Under the pieces are notes generated by a model. That model was not told where the DNA came from, searched no databases, and saw nothing but the letters and a program-made list of their open reading frames with translations. The position numbers and the translations under genes are program-made. From positions 3,286,001-3,350,000 of the forward strand of contig OZ024744.1 in NCBI GenBank assembly GCA_964016885.1: a stretch of DNA of 64,000 bases, read 5' to 3'. The DNA is from Eledone cirrhosa (Eukaryota). Positions 25,331-39,000 of this stretch are shown here, piece by piece. Numbering within the stretch: position 1 is the first letter of the stretch; every line of letters begins with the position of its first letter.

Positions 25331-28300
25331 TTTTGACGGAAGACAAGGTAGAGAAAGATAGCTTGGTGAAGAATGACGTTTTGTGGGAAGACAAGGTAGA
25401 GAAAGATAGGTTGGTGAAGAACGAAGTTTTGTGTGAAGACAAGCTAGAGAAAGATAGCTTGGTGAAGAACGAAGTTTTGGGGGAAGACAAGGTAGAGAAA
25501 GATAGATTGGTGAAGAACGAAGTTTTGAGGGATGACAAGGTAGAGAAAGATGACTTGGTGAAGAACGAAGTTTTGGGGGAAGACAAGGTAGAGAAAGATA
25601 GCTTGGTGAAGAACGAAGTTTTGGGGGAAGACAAGGTAGAGAAATATAGCTTGGTGAAGAACGAAGTTTTGGGGGAAGACAAGGTAGATAAAGATAGCTT
25701 GGTGAAGAACGAAGTTTTGAGGGAAGACAAGGTATAGAAAGATAGCTTGGTGAATAACGAAGTTTTGGGAGAAGACAAGGTCGAGAAAGATAGCTTGGTG
25801 AAGAACGAAGTTTTGAGGGAAAACAATGTAGAGAAAGATAGCTTGGTGAAGAACGAAGTTTTGGGGGAAGACAAGGTAGAGAAAGATAGCTTGGTGAAGA
25901 ACGAAGTTTTGGGGGAAGACAAGGTAGAGAAAGATAGCTTGGTGAAGAACGAAGTTTTGGGGGAAGACAAGGTAGAGAAAGATAGCTTGGTGAAGAACGA
26001 AGTTTTGAGGGAAGACAAGGTAGAGAGAGATAGCTTGGTGAAGAACGACGTTTTGTGGGAAGACAAGGTAGAGAAAGATAGCTTGGTGAAGAACGAAGTT
26101 TTGGGGAAGACAATGTAGAGAAAGATAGCTTGGTGAAGAACGAAGTTTTGGGGGAAGACAAGGTAGAGAAAGATAGCTTGGTGAAGAACGAAGTTTTGGG
26201 GGAAGACAAGGTAGAGAAAGATAGCTTGGTGAAGAACGAAGTTTTGGGGGAAGACAAGGTAGAGAAAGATAGCTTGGTGAAGAACGAAGTTTTGGGGGAA
26301 GACAATGTAGAGAAAGATAGCTTGGTGAAGAACGAAGTTTTGAGGGAAGACAAGGTATAGAAAGATAGCTTGGTGAATAACGAAGTTTTGGGAGAAGACA
26401 AGGTCGAGAAAGATAGCTTGGTGAAGAACGAAGTTTTGAGGGAAAACAATGTAGAGAAAGATAGCTTGGTGAAGAACGAAGTTTTGGGGGAAGACAAGGT
26501 AGAGAAAGATAGCTTGGTGAAGAACGAAGTTTTGGGGGAAGACAAGGTAGAGAAAGATAGCTTGGTGAAGAACGAAGTTTTGAGGGAAGACAAGGTAGAG
26601 AAAGATAGCTTGGTGAAGAACGACGTTTTGTGGGAAGACAAGGTAGAGAAAGATAGCTTGGTGAAGAACGAAGTTTTGGGGAAGACAATGTAGAGAAAGA
26701 TAGCTTGGTGAAGAACGAAGTTTTGGGGGAAGACAAGGTAGAGAAAGATAGCTTGGTGAAGAACGAAGTTTTGGGGGAAGACAAGGTAGAGAAAGATAGC
26801 TTGGTGAAGAACGAAGTTTTGGGGGAAGACAAGGTAGAGAAAGATAGCTTGGTGAAGAACGAAGTTTTGGGGGAAATCAAGGTAGAGAATAATAGTTTGG
26901 TGAAGAACGAAGTTTTGGGGGAAGACAAGGTAGAGAAAGATAGCTTGGTGAAGAACGACGTTTTGAGGGAAGACAATGTAGAGAAAGATATATTGGTGAA
27001 GAACGAAGTTTTGGGGGAAGACAAGGTAGAGAAAGATAGCTTGGTGAAGAACGAAGTTTTGAGGGAAGACAAGGTAGAGAAAGATAGCTTGGTGAATAAC
27101 GAAGTTTTGGGAGAAGACAAGGTAGAGAAAGATAGCGTGGTGAAGAACGACGTTTTGAGGGAAGACAAGGTAGAGAAAGATAGCTTGGTGAAGAACGAAG
27201 TTTTGGGGGAAGACAAGGTAGAGAAAGATAGCTTGGTGAAGAACGAAGTTTTGTGGAAGACAATGTAGAGAAAGATAGCTTGGTGAAGAACGAAGTTTTG
27301 GGGGAAGACAAGGTAGAGAAAGATAGCTTGGTGAAGAACGAAGTTTTGGGGGGAAGACAAGGTAGAGAAAGATAGCTTGGTGAAGAACGACGTTTTGAGG
27401 GAAGACAAGGTAGAGAAAGATAGCTTGGTGAAGAACGAAGTTATGGGGAAGACAATGTAGAGAAAGATAGCTTGGTGAAGAACGAAGTTTTGGGGGAAGA
27501 CAAGGTAGAGAAAGATATCTTGGTGAAGAACGAAGTTTTGACGGAAGACAAGGTAGAGAAAGATAGCTTGGTGAAGAACGACGTTTTGAGGGAAGACAAG
27601 GTAGAGAAAGATAGCTTGGTGAAGAACGAAGTTCTGAGGGAAGACAAGGTAGAGAAAGATAGCTTGGTGAAGAACGAAGTTTTGGGAGAAGACAAGGTAG
27701 AGAAAGATATCTTGGTGAAGAACGAAGTTTTGACGGAAGACAAGGTAGAGAAAGATAGCTTGGTGAAGAATGACGTTTTGTGGGAAGACAAGGTAGAGAA
27801 AGATAGGTTGGTGAAGAACGAAGTTTTGTGTGAAGACAAGCTAGAGAAAGATAGCTTGGTGAAGAACGAAGTTTTGGGGGAAGACAAGGTAGAGAAAGAT
27901 AGATTGGTGAAGAACGAAGTTTTGAGGGATGACAAGGTAGAGAAAGATGACTTGGTGAAGAACGAAGTTTTGGGGGAAGACAAGGTAGAGAAAGATAGCT
28001 TGGTGAAGAACGAAGTTTTGGGGGAAGACAAGGTAGAGTAAGATAGCTTGGTGAAGAACGAAGTTTTGGGGGAAGACAAGGTAGAGAAAGATAGCTTGGT
28101 GAAGAACGATGTTTTGGGGAAGACAATGTAGAGAAAGATAGCTTGGTGAAGAACGAAGTTTTGAGGGAAGACAAGGTATAGAAAGATAGCTTGGTGAATA
28201 ACGAAGTTTTGGGAGAAGACAAGGTCGAGAAAGATAGCTTGGTGAAGAACGAAGTTTTGAGGGAAAACAATGTAGAGAAAGATAACTTGGTGAAGAACGA

Positions 28301-31300
28301 AGTTTTGGGGGAAGACAAGGTAGAGAAAGATAGCTTGGTGAAGAACGAAGTTTTGGGGGAAGACAAGGTAGAGAAAGATAGCTTGGTGAAGGACGAAGTT
28401 TTGAGGGAAGACAAGGTAGAGAAAGATAGCTTGGTGAAGAACGACGTTTTGTGGGAAGACAAGGTAGAGAAAGATAGCTTGGTGAAGAACGAAGTTTTGT
28501 GGGAAGACAAGGTAGAGGAAGATAGCTTGGTGAAGAACGAAGTTTTGGGGGAAGACAAGGTAGAGAAAGATAGCTTGGTGAAAAACGAAGTTTTGGGGGA
28601 AGACAAGGTAGAGAAAGATAGCTTGGTGAACAACGAAGTTTTGGGGGAAGACAAGGTAGAGAAGATAGCTTGGTGAAGAACGAAGTTTTGGGGAAGACAA
28701 TGTAGAGAAAGATATATTGGTGAAGAACGAAGTTTTGGGGGAAGACAAGGTAGAGAAAGATAGCTTGGTGAATAACGAAGTTTTGGGAGAAGACAAGGTA
28801 GAGAAAGATAGCTTGGTGAAGAACGACGTTTTGAGGGAAGACAAGGTAGAGAAAGATAGCTTGGTGAAGAACGAAGTTTTGGGGAAGACAATGTAGAGAA
28901 AGATAGCTTGGTGAAGAACGAAGTTTTGGGGGAAGACAAGGTAGAGAAAGATAGCTTGGTGAAGAACGAAGTTTTGGGGGGAAGACAAGGTAGAGAAAGA
29001 TAGCTTGGTGAAGAACGACGTTTTGAGGGAAGACAAGGTAGAGAAAGATAGCTTGGTGAAGAACGAAGTTATGGGGAAGACAATGTAGAGAAAGATAGCT
29101 TGGTGAAGAACGAAGTTTTGGGGGAAGACAAGGTAGAGAAAGATAGCTTGGTGAAGAACGAAGTTTTGAGGGAAGGCAAGGTAGAGAAAGATAGCTTGGT
29201 GAATAACAAAGTTTTGAGGGTAGACAAGGTAGAGAAAGATAGCTTGGTGAAGAACGACGTTTTGAGGGAAGACAAGATAGAGAAAGATAGCTTGGTGAAG
29301 AACGACGTTTTGTGGGAAGACAAGGTAGAGAAAGATAGCTTGGTGAAGAACGAAGTTTTGTGGGAAGACAAGGTAGAGAAAGATAGCTTGGTGAAGAACG
29401 AAGTTTTGGGGGAAGACAAGGTAGAGAAAGATAGCTTGGTGAAGAACGAAGTTTTGGGGGAAGACAAGGTAGAGAAAGATAGCTTGGTGAAGAACGAAGT
29501 TTTGGGGGAAATCAAGGTAGAGAATAATAGTTTGGTGAAGAACGAAGTTTTGGGGGAAGACAAGGTAGAGAAAGATAGCTTGGTGAAGAACGACGTTTTG
29601 AGGGAAGACAAGGTAGAGAAAGATAGCTTGGTGAAGAACGAAGTTTTGGGGAAGACAATGTAGAGAAAGATAGCTTGGTGAAGAACGAAGTTTTGGGGGA
29701 AGACAAGGTAGAGAAAGATAGCTTGGTGAAGAACGAAGTTTTGGGAGAAGACAAGGTAGAGAAAGATAGCTTGGTGAAGAACGAAGTTTTGAGGGAAGAC
29801 AAGGTAGAGAAAGATAGCTTGGTGAAGAACGACGTTTTGAGGGAAGACAAGGTAGAGAAAGATAGCTTGGTGAAGAACGACGTTTTGTGGGAAGACAAGC
29901 TAGAGAAAGATAGCTTGGTGAAGAACGAAGTTTTGGGGAAAGACAAGGTAGAGAAAGATAGCTTGGTGAAGAACGAAGTTTTGGGGGAAGACAAGGTAGA
30001 GAAAGATAGCTTGGTGAAGAACGAAGTTTTGGGGGAAGACAAGGTAGAGAAAGATAGCTTGGTGAAGAACGAAGTTTTGGGGAAGACAATGTAGAGAAAG
30101 ATAGCTTGGTGAAGAACGAAGTTTTGGGGGTAGACAAGGTAGAGAAAGATAGCTTGGTGAATAACAAAGTTTTGGGAGAAGACAAGGTCGAGAAAGATAG
30201 CTTGGTGAAGAACGAAATTTTGAGGGAAGACAAGGTAGAGAAAGATAGCTTGGTGAAGAACGACGTTTTGAGGGAAGACAAGATAGAGAAAGATAGCTTG
30301 GTGAAGAACGACGTTTTGTGGGAAGACAAGGTAGAGAAAGATAGCTTGGTGAAGAACGAAGTTTTGGGGGAAGACAAGGTAGAGAAAGATAGCTTGGTGA
30401 AGAACGAAGTTTTGGGGGAAGACAAGGTAGAGAAAGATAGCTTGGTGAAGAACGATGTTTTGGGGAAGACAATGTAGAGAAAGATAGCTTGGTGAAGAAC
30501 GAAGTTTTGGGGGAAGACAAGGTAGAGAAAGATAGCTTGGTGAAGAACGAAGTTTTGAGGGAAGACAAGGTATAGAAAGATAGCTTGGTGAATAACGAAG
30601 TTTTGGGAGAAGACAAGGTCGAGAAAGATAGCTTGGTGAAGAACGAAGTTTTGAGGGAAGACAATGTAGAGAAAGATAGCTTGGTGAAGAACGAAGTTTT
30701 GGGGGAAGACAAGGTAGAGAAAGATAGCTTGGTGAAGAACGAAGTTTTGGGGGAAGACAAGGTAGAGAAAGACAGCTTGGTGAAGAACGAAGTTTTGAGG
30801 GAAGACAAGGTAGAGAAAGATAGCTTGGTGAAGAACGACGTTTTGTGGGAAGACAAGGTAGAGAAAGATAGCTTGGTGAAGAACGAAGTTTTGTGGGAAG
30901 ACAAGGTAGAGAAAGATAGCTTGGTGAAGAACGAAGTTTTGGGGGAAGACAAGGTAGAGAAAGATAGCTTGGTGAAGAACGAAGTTTTGGGGGAAGACAA
31001 GGTAGAGAAAGATAGCTTGGTGAACAACGAAATTTTGGGGGAAGACAAGGTAGAGAAAGATAGCTTGGTGAAGAACGAAGTTTTGGGGAAGACAACGTAG
31101 AGAAAGATATATTGGTGAAGAACGACGTTTTGAGGGAAGACAAGGTAGAGAAAGATAGCTTGGTGAAGAACGAAGTTTTGGGGGAAGACAAGGTAGAGAA
31201 AGATAGCTTGGTGAAGAACGAAGTTTTGGGGGAAGACAAGGTAGAGAAAGATAGCTTGGTGAAGAACGAAGTTTTGGGGGAAGACAAGGTAGAGAAAGAT

Positions 31301-33019
31301 AGCTTGGTGAACAACGAAGTTTTGGGGGAAGACAAGGTAGAGAAAGATAGCTTGGTGAAGAACGAAGTTTTGGGGAAGACAATGTAGAGAAAGATATATT
31401 GGTGAAGAACGAAGTTTTGGGGGAAGACAAGGTAGAGAAAGATAGCTTGGTGAAGAACGAAGTTTTGAGGGAAGACAAGGTAGAGAAAGATAGCTTGGTG
31501 AATAACGAAGTTTTGGGAGAAGACAAGGTAGAGAAAGATAGCGTGGTGAAGAACGACGTTTTGAGGGAAGACAAGGTAGAGAAAGATAGCTTGGTGAAGA
31601 ACGAAGTTTTGGGGGAAGACAAGGTAGAGAAAGATAGCTTGGTGAAGAACGAAGTTTTGGGGAAGACAATGTAGAGAAAGATAGCTTGGTGAAGAACGAA
31701 GTTTTGGGGGAAGACAAGGTAGAGAAAGATAGCTTGGTGAAGAACGAAGTTTTGGGGGGAAGACAAGGTAGAGAAAGATAGCTTGGTGAAGAACGACGTT
31801 TTGAGGGAAGACAAGGTAGAGAAAGATAGCTTGGTGAAGAACGAAGTTATGGGGAAGACAATGTAGAGAAAGATAGCTTGGTGAAGAACGAAGTTTTGGG
31901 GGAAGACAAGGTAGAGAAAGATATCTTGGTGAAGAACGAAGTTTTGACGGAAGACAAGGTAGAGAAAGATAGCTTGGTGAAGAACGACGTTTTGAGGGAA
32001 GACAAGGTAGAGAAAGATAGCTTGGTGAAGAACGAAGTTCTGAGGGAAGACAAGGTAGAGAAAGATAGCTTGGTGAAGAACGAAGTTTTGGGAGAAGACA
32101 AGGTAGAGAAAGATATCTTGGTGAAGAACGAAGTTTTGACGGAAGACAAGGTAGAGAAAGATAGCTTGGTGAAGAATGACGTTTTGTGGGAAGACAAGGT
32201 AGAGAAAGATAGGTTGGTGAAGAACGAAGTTTTGTGTGAAGACAAGCTAGAGAAAGATAGCTTGGTGAAGAACGAAGTTTTGGGGGAAGACAAGGTAGAG
32301 AAAGATAGATTGGTGAAGAACGAAGTTTTGAGGGATGACAAGGTAGAGAAAGATGACTTGGTGAAGAACGAAGTTTTGGGGGAAGACAAGGTAGAGAAAG
32401 ATAGCTTGGTGAAGAACGAAGTTTTGGGGGAAGACAAGGTAGAGTAAGATAGCTTGGTGAAGAACGAAGTTTTGGGGGAAGACAAGGTAGAGAAAGATAG
32501 CTTGGTGAAGAACGATGTTTTGGGGAAGACAATGTAGAGAAAGATAGCTTGGTGAAGAACGAAGTTTTGAGGGAAGACAAGGTATAGAAAGATAGCTTGG
32601 TGAATAACGAAGTTTTGGGAGAAGACAAGGTCGAGAAAGATAGCTTGGTGAAGAACGAAGTTTTGAGGGAAAACAATGTAGAGAAAGATAACTTGGTGAA
32701 GAACGAAGTTTTGGGGGAAGACAAGGTAGAGAAAGATAGCTTGGTGAAGAACGAAGTTTTGGGGGAAGACAAGGTAGAGAAAGATAGCTTGGTGAAGGAC
32801 AAAGTTTTGAGGGAAGACAAGGTAGAGAAAGATAGCTTGGTGAAGAACGACGTTTTGTGGGAAGACAAGGTAGAGAAAGATAGCTTGGTGAAGAACGAAG
32901 TTTTGTGGGAAGACAAGGTAGAGGAAGATAGCTTGGTGAAGAACGAAGTTTTGGGGGAAGACAAGGTAGAGAAAGATAGCTTGGTGAAAAACGAAGTTTT
33001 GGGGGAAGACAAGGTAGAG

Positions 33020-36000
33020 AAAGATAGCTTGGTGAAGAACGAAGTTTTGGGGAAGACAATGTAGAGAAAGATATATTGGTGAAGAACGAAGTTTTGGGGG
33101 AAGACAAGGTAGAGAAAGATAGCTTGGTGAATAACGAAGTTTTGGGAGAAGACAAGGTAGAGAAAGATAGCTTGGTGAAGAACGACGTTTTGAGGGAAGA
33201 CAAGGTAGAGAAAGATAGCTTGGTGAAGAACGAAGTTTTGGGGAAGACAATGTAGAGAAAGATAGCTTGGTGAAGAACGAAGTTTTGGGGGAAGACAAGG
33301 TAGAGAAAGATAGCTTGGTGAAGAACGAAGTTTTGGGGGGAAGACAAGGTAGAGAAAGATAGCTTGGTGAAGAACGACGTTTTGAGGGAAGACAAGGTAG
33401 AGAAAGATAGCTTGGTGAAGAACGAAGTTATGGGGAAGACAATGTAGAGAAAGATAGCTTGGTGAAGAACGAAGTTTTGGGGGAAGACAAGGTAGAGAAA
33501 GATAGCTTGGTGAAGAACGATGTTTTGGGGAAGACAATGTAGAGAAAGATAGCTTGGTGAAGAACGAAGTTTTGGGGGAAGACAAGGTAGAGAACGATAG
33601 CTTGGTGAAGAACGAAGTTTTGAGGGAAGACAAGGTATAGAAAGATAGCTTGGTGAATAACGAAGTTTTGGGAGAAGACAAGGTCGAGAAAGATAGCTTG
33701 GTGAAGAACGAAGTTTTGAGGGAAGACAAGATATAGAAAGATAGCTTGGTGAATAACGAAGTTTTGGGGAAGACAATGTAGAGAAAGATAGCTTGGTGAA
33801 GAACGAAGTTTTGGGGGAAGACAAGGTAGAGAAAGATAGCTTGGTGAAGAACGAAGTTTTGAGGGAAGACAAGGTATAGAAAGATAGCTTGGTGAATAAC
33901 GAAGTTTTGGGAGAAGACAAGGTCGAGAAAGATAGCTTGGTGAAGAACGAAGTTTTGAGGGAAGACAATGTAGAGAAAGATAGCTTGGTGAAGAACGAAG
34001 TTTTGGGGGAAGACAAGGTAGAGAAAGATAGCTTGGTGAAGAACGAAGTTTTGGGGGAAGACAAGGTAGAGAAAGACAGCTTGGTGAAGAACGAAGTTTT
34101 GAGGGAAGACAAGGTAGAGAAAGATAGCTTGGTGAAGAACGACGTTTTGTGGGAAGACAAGGTAGAGAAAGATAGCTTGGTGAAGAACGAAGTTTTGTGG
34201 GAAGACAAGGTAGAGAAAGATAGCTTGGTGAAGAACGAAGTTTTGGGGGAAGACAAGGTAGAGAAAGATAGCTTGGTGAAGAACGAAGTTTTGGGGGAAG
34301 ACAAGGTAGAGAAAGATAGCTTGGTGAACAACGAAATTTTGGGGGAAGACAAGGTAGAGAAAGATAGCTTGGTGAAGAACGAAGTTTTGGGGAAGACAAT
34401 GTAGAGAAAGATATATTGGTGAAGAACGAAGTTTTGGGGGAAGACAAGGTAGAGAAAGATAGCTTGGTGAAGAACGAAGTTTTGAGGGAAGACAAGGTAG
34501 AGAAAGATAGCTTGGTGAATAACGAAGTTTTGGGAGAAGACAAGGTAGAGAAAGATAGCGTGGTGAAGAACGACGTTTTGAGGGAAGACAAGGTAGAGAA
34601 AGATAGCTTGGTGAAGAACGAAGTTTTGGGGGAAGACAAGGTAGAGAAAGATAATTGGTGAAGAACGAAGTTTTGGGGGAAGACAAGGTAGAGAAAGATA
34701 GCTTGGTGAAGAACGAAGTTTTGGGGGAAGACAAGGTAGAGAAAGATAGCTTGGTGAACAACGAAGTTTTGGGGGAAGACAAGGTAGAGAAAGATAGCTT
34801 GGTGAAGAACGAAGTTTTGGGGAAGACAATGTAGAGAAAGATATATTGGTGAAGAACGAAGTTTTGGGGGAAGACAAGGTAGAGAAAGATAGCTTGGTGA
34901 AGAACGAAGTTTTGAGGGAAGACAAGGTAGAGAAAGATAGCTTGGTGAATAACGAAGTTTTGGGAGAAGACAAGGTAGAGAAAGATAGCGTGGTGAAGAA
35001 CGACGTTTTGAGGGAAGACAAGGTAGAGAAAGATAGCTTGGTGAAGAACGAAGTTTTGGGGGAAGACAAGGTAGAGAAAGATAGCTTGGTGAAGAACGAA
35101 GTTTTGGGGAAGACAATGTAGAGAAAGATAGCTTGGTGAAGAACGAAGTTTTGGGGGAAGACAAGGTAGAGAAAGATAGCTTGGTGAAGAACGAAGTTTT
35201 GGGGGGAAGACAAGGTAGAGAAAGATAGCTTGGTGAAGAACGACGTTTTGAGGGAAGACAAGGTAGAGAAAGATAGCTTGGTGAAGAACGAAGTTATGGG
35301 GAAGACAATGTAGAGAAAGATAGCTTGGTGAAGAACGAAGTTTTGGGGGAAGACAAGGTAGAGAAAGATATCTTGGTGAAGAACGAAGTTTTGACGGAAG
35401 ACAAGGTAGAGAAAGATAGCTTGGTGAAGAACGACGTTTTGAGGGAAGACAAGGTAGAGAAAGATAGCTTGGTGAAGAACGAAGTTCTGAGGGAAGACAA
35501 GGTAGAGAAAGATAGCTTGGTGAAGAACGAAGTTTTGGGAGAAGACAAGGTAGAGAAAGATATCTTGGTGAAGAACGAAGTTTTGACGGAAGACAAGGTA
35601 GAGAAAGATAGCTTGGTGAAGAATGACGTTTTGTGGGAAGACAAGGTAGAGAAAGATAGGTTGGTGAAGAACGAAGTTTTGTGTGAAGACAAGCTAGAGA
35701 AAGATAGCTTGGTGAAGAACGAAGTTTTGGGGGAAGACAAGGTAGAGAAAGATAGATTGGTGAAGAACGAAGTTTTGAGGGATGACAAGGTAGAGAAAGA
35801 TGACTTGGTGAAGAACGAAGTTTTGGGGGAAGACAAGGTAGAGAAAGATAGCTTGGTGAAGAACGAAGTTTTGGGGGAAGACAAGGTAGAGTAAGATAGC
35901 TTGGTGAAGAACGAAGTTTTGGGGGAAGACAAGGTAGAGAAAGATAGCTTGGTGAAGAACGATGTTTTGGGGAAGACAATGTAGAGAAAGATAGCTTGGT

Positions 36001-39000
36001 GAAGAACGAAGTTTTGAGGGAAGACAAGGTATAGAAAGATAGCTTGGTGAATAACGAAGTTTTGGGAGAAGACAAGGTCGAGAAAGATAGCTTGGTGAAG
36101 AACGAAGTTTTGAGGGAAAACAATGTAGAGAAAGATAACTTGGTGAAGAACGAAGTTTTGGGGGAAGACAAGGTAGAGAAAGATAGCTTGGTGAAGAACG
36201 AAGTTTTGGGGGAAGACAAGGTAGAGAAAGATAGCTTGGTGAAGGACGAAGTTTTGAGGGAAGACAAGGTAGAGAAAGATAGCTTGGTGAAGAACGACGT
36301 TTTGTGGGAAGACAAGGTAGAGAAAGATAGCTTGGTGAAGAACGAAGTTTTGTGGGAAGACAAGGTAGAGGAAGATAGCTTGGTGAAGAACGAAGTTTTG
36401 GGGGAAGACAAGGTAGAGAAAGATAGCTTGGTGAAAAACGAAGTTTTGGGGGAAGACAAGGTAGAGAAAGATAGCTTGGTGAACAACGAAGTTTTGGGGG
36501 AAGACAAGGTAGAGAAGATAGCTTGGTGAAGAACGAAGTTTTGGGGAAGACAATGTAGAGAAAGATATATTGGTGAAGAACGAAGTTTTGGGGGAAGACA
36601 AGGTAGAGAAAGATAGCTTGGTGAATAACGAAGTTTTGGGAGAAGACAAGGTAGAGAAAGATAGCTTGGTGAAGAACGACGTTTTGAGGGAAGACAAGGT
36701 AGAGAAAGATAGCTTGGTGAAGAACGAAGTTTTGGGGAAGACAATGTAGAGAAAGATAGCTTGGTGAAGAACGAAGTTTTGGGGGAAGACAAGGTAGAGA
36801 AAGATAGCTTGGTGAAGAACGAAGTTTTGGGGGGAAGACAAGGTAGAGAAAGATAGCTTGGTGAAGAACGACGTTTTGAGGGAAGACAAGGTAGAGAAAG
36901 ATAGCTTGGTGAAGAACGAAGTTATGGGGAAGACAATGTAGAGAAAGATAGCTTGGTGAAGAACGAAGTTTTGGGGGAAGACAAGGTAGAGAAAGATAGC
37001 TTGGTGAAGAACGATGTTTTGGGGAAGACAATGTAGAGAAAGATAGCTTGGTGAAGAACGAAGTTTTGGGGGAAGACAAGGTAGAGAACGATAGCTTGGT
37101 GAAGAACGAAGTTTTGAGGGAAGACAAGGTATAGAAAGATAGCTTGGTGAATAACGAAGTTTTGGGAGAAGACAAGGTCGAGAAAGATAGCTTGGTGAAG
37201 AACGAAGTTTTGAGGGAAGACAAGATATAGAAAGATAGCTTGGTGAATAACGAAGTTTTGGGGAAGACAATGTAGAGAAAGATAGCTTGGTGAAGAACGA
37301 AGTTTTGGGGGAAGACAAGGTAGAGAAAGATAGCTTGGTGAAGAACGAAGTTTTGAGGGAAGACAAGGTATAGAAAGATAGCTTGGTGAATAACGAAGTT
37401 TTGGGAGAAGACAAGGTCGAGAAAGATAGCTTGGTGAAGAACGAAGTTTTGAGGGAAGACAATGTAGAGAAAGATAGCTTGGTGAAGAACGAAGTTTTGG
37501 GGGAAGACAAGGTAGAGAAAGATAGCTTGGTGAAGAACGAAGTTTTGGGGGAAGACAAGGTAGAGAAAGACAGCTTGGTGAAGAACGAAGTTTTGAGGGA
37601 AGACAAGGTAGAGAAAGATAGCTTGGTGAAGAACGACGTTTTGTGGGAAGACAAGGTAGAGAAAGATAGCTTGGTGAAGAACGAAGTTTTGTGGGAAGAC
37701 AAGGTAGAGAAAGATAGCTTGGTGAAGAACGAAGTTTTGGGGGAAGACAAGGTAGAGAAAGATAGCTTGGTGAAGAACGAAGTTTTGGGGGAAGACAAGG
37801 TAGAGAAAGATAGCTTGGTGAACAACGAAATTTTGGGGGAAGACAAGGTAGAGAAAGATAGCTTGGTGAAGAACGAAGTTTTGGGGAAGACAATGTAGAG
37901 AAAGATATATTGGTGAAGAACGAAGTTTTGGGGGAAGACAAGGTAGAGAAAGATAGCTTGGTGAAGAACGAAGTTTTGAGGGAAGACAAGGTAGAGAAAG
38001 ATAGCTTGGTGAATAACGAAGTTTTGGGAGAAGACAAGGTAGAGAAAGATAGCGTGGTGAAGAACGACGTTTTGAGGGAAGACAAGGTAGAGAAAGATAG
38101 CTTGGTGAAGAACGAAGTTTTGGGGGAAGACAAGGTAGAGAAAGATAATTGGTGAAGAACGAAGTTTTGGGGGAAGACAAGGTAGAGAAAGATAGCTTGG
38201 TGAAGAACGAAGTTTTGGGGGAAGACAAGGTAGAGAAAGATAGCTTGGTGAACAACGAAGTTTTGGGGGAAGACAAGGTAGAGAAAGATAGCTTGGTGAA
38301 GAACGAAGTTTTGGGGAAGACAATGTAGAGAAAGATATATTGGTGAAGAACGAAGTTTTGGGGGAAGACAAGGTAGAGAAAGATAGCTTGGTGAAGAACG
38401 AAGTTTTGAGGGAAGACAAGGTAGAGAAAGATAGCTTGGTGAATAACGAAGTTTTGGGAGAAGACAAGGTAGAGAAAGATAGCGTGGTGAAGAACGACGT
38501 TTTGAGGGAAGACAAGGTAGAGAAAGATAGCTTGGTGAAGAACGAAGTTTTGGGGGAAGACAAGGTAGAGAAAGATAGCTTGGTGAAGAACGAAGTTTTG
38601 GGGAAGACAATGTAGAGAAAGATAGCTTGGTGAAGAACGAAGTTTTGGGGGAAGACAAGGTAGAGAAAGATAGCTTGGTGAAGAACGAAGTTTTGGGGGG
38701 AAGACAAGGTAGAGAAAGATAGCTTGGTGAAGAACGACGTTTTGAGGGAAGACAAGGTAGAGAAAGATAGCTTGGTGAAGAACGAAGTTATGGGGAAGAC
38801 AATGTAGAGAAAGATAGCTTGGTGAAGAACGAAGTTTTGGGGGAAGACAAGGTAGAGAAAGATATCTTGGTGAAGAACGAAGTTTTGACGGAAGACAAGG
38901 TAGAGAAAGATAGCTTGGTGAAGAACGACGTTTTGAGGGAAGACAAGGTAGAGAAAGATAGCTTGGTGAAGAACGAAGTTCTGAGGGAAGACAAGGTAGA

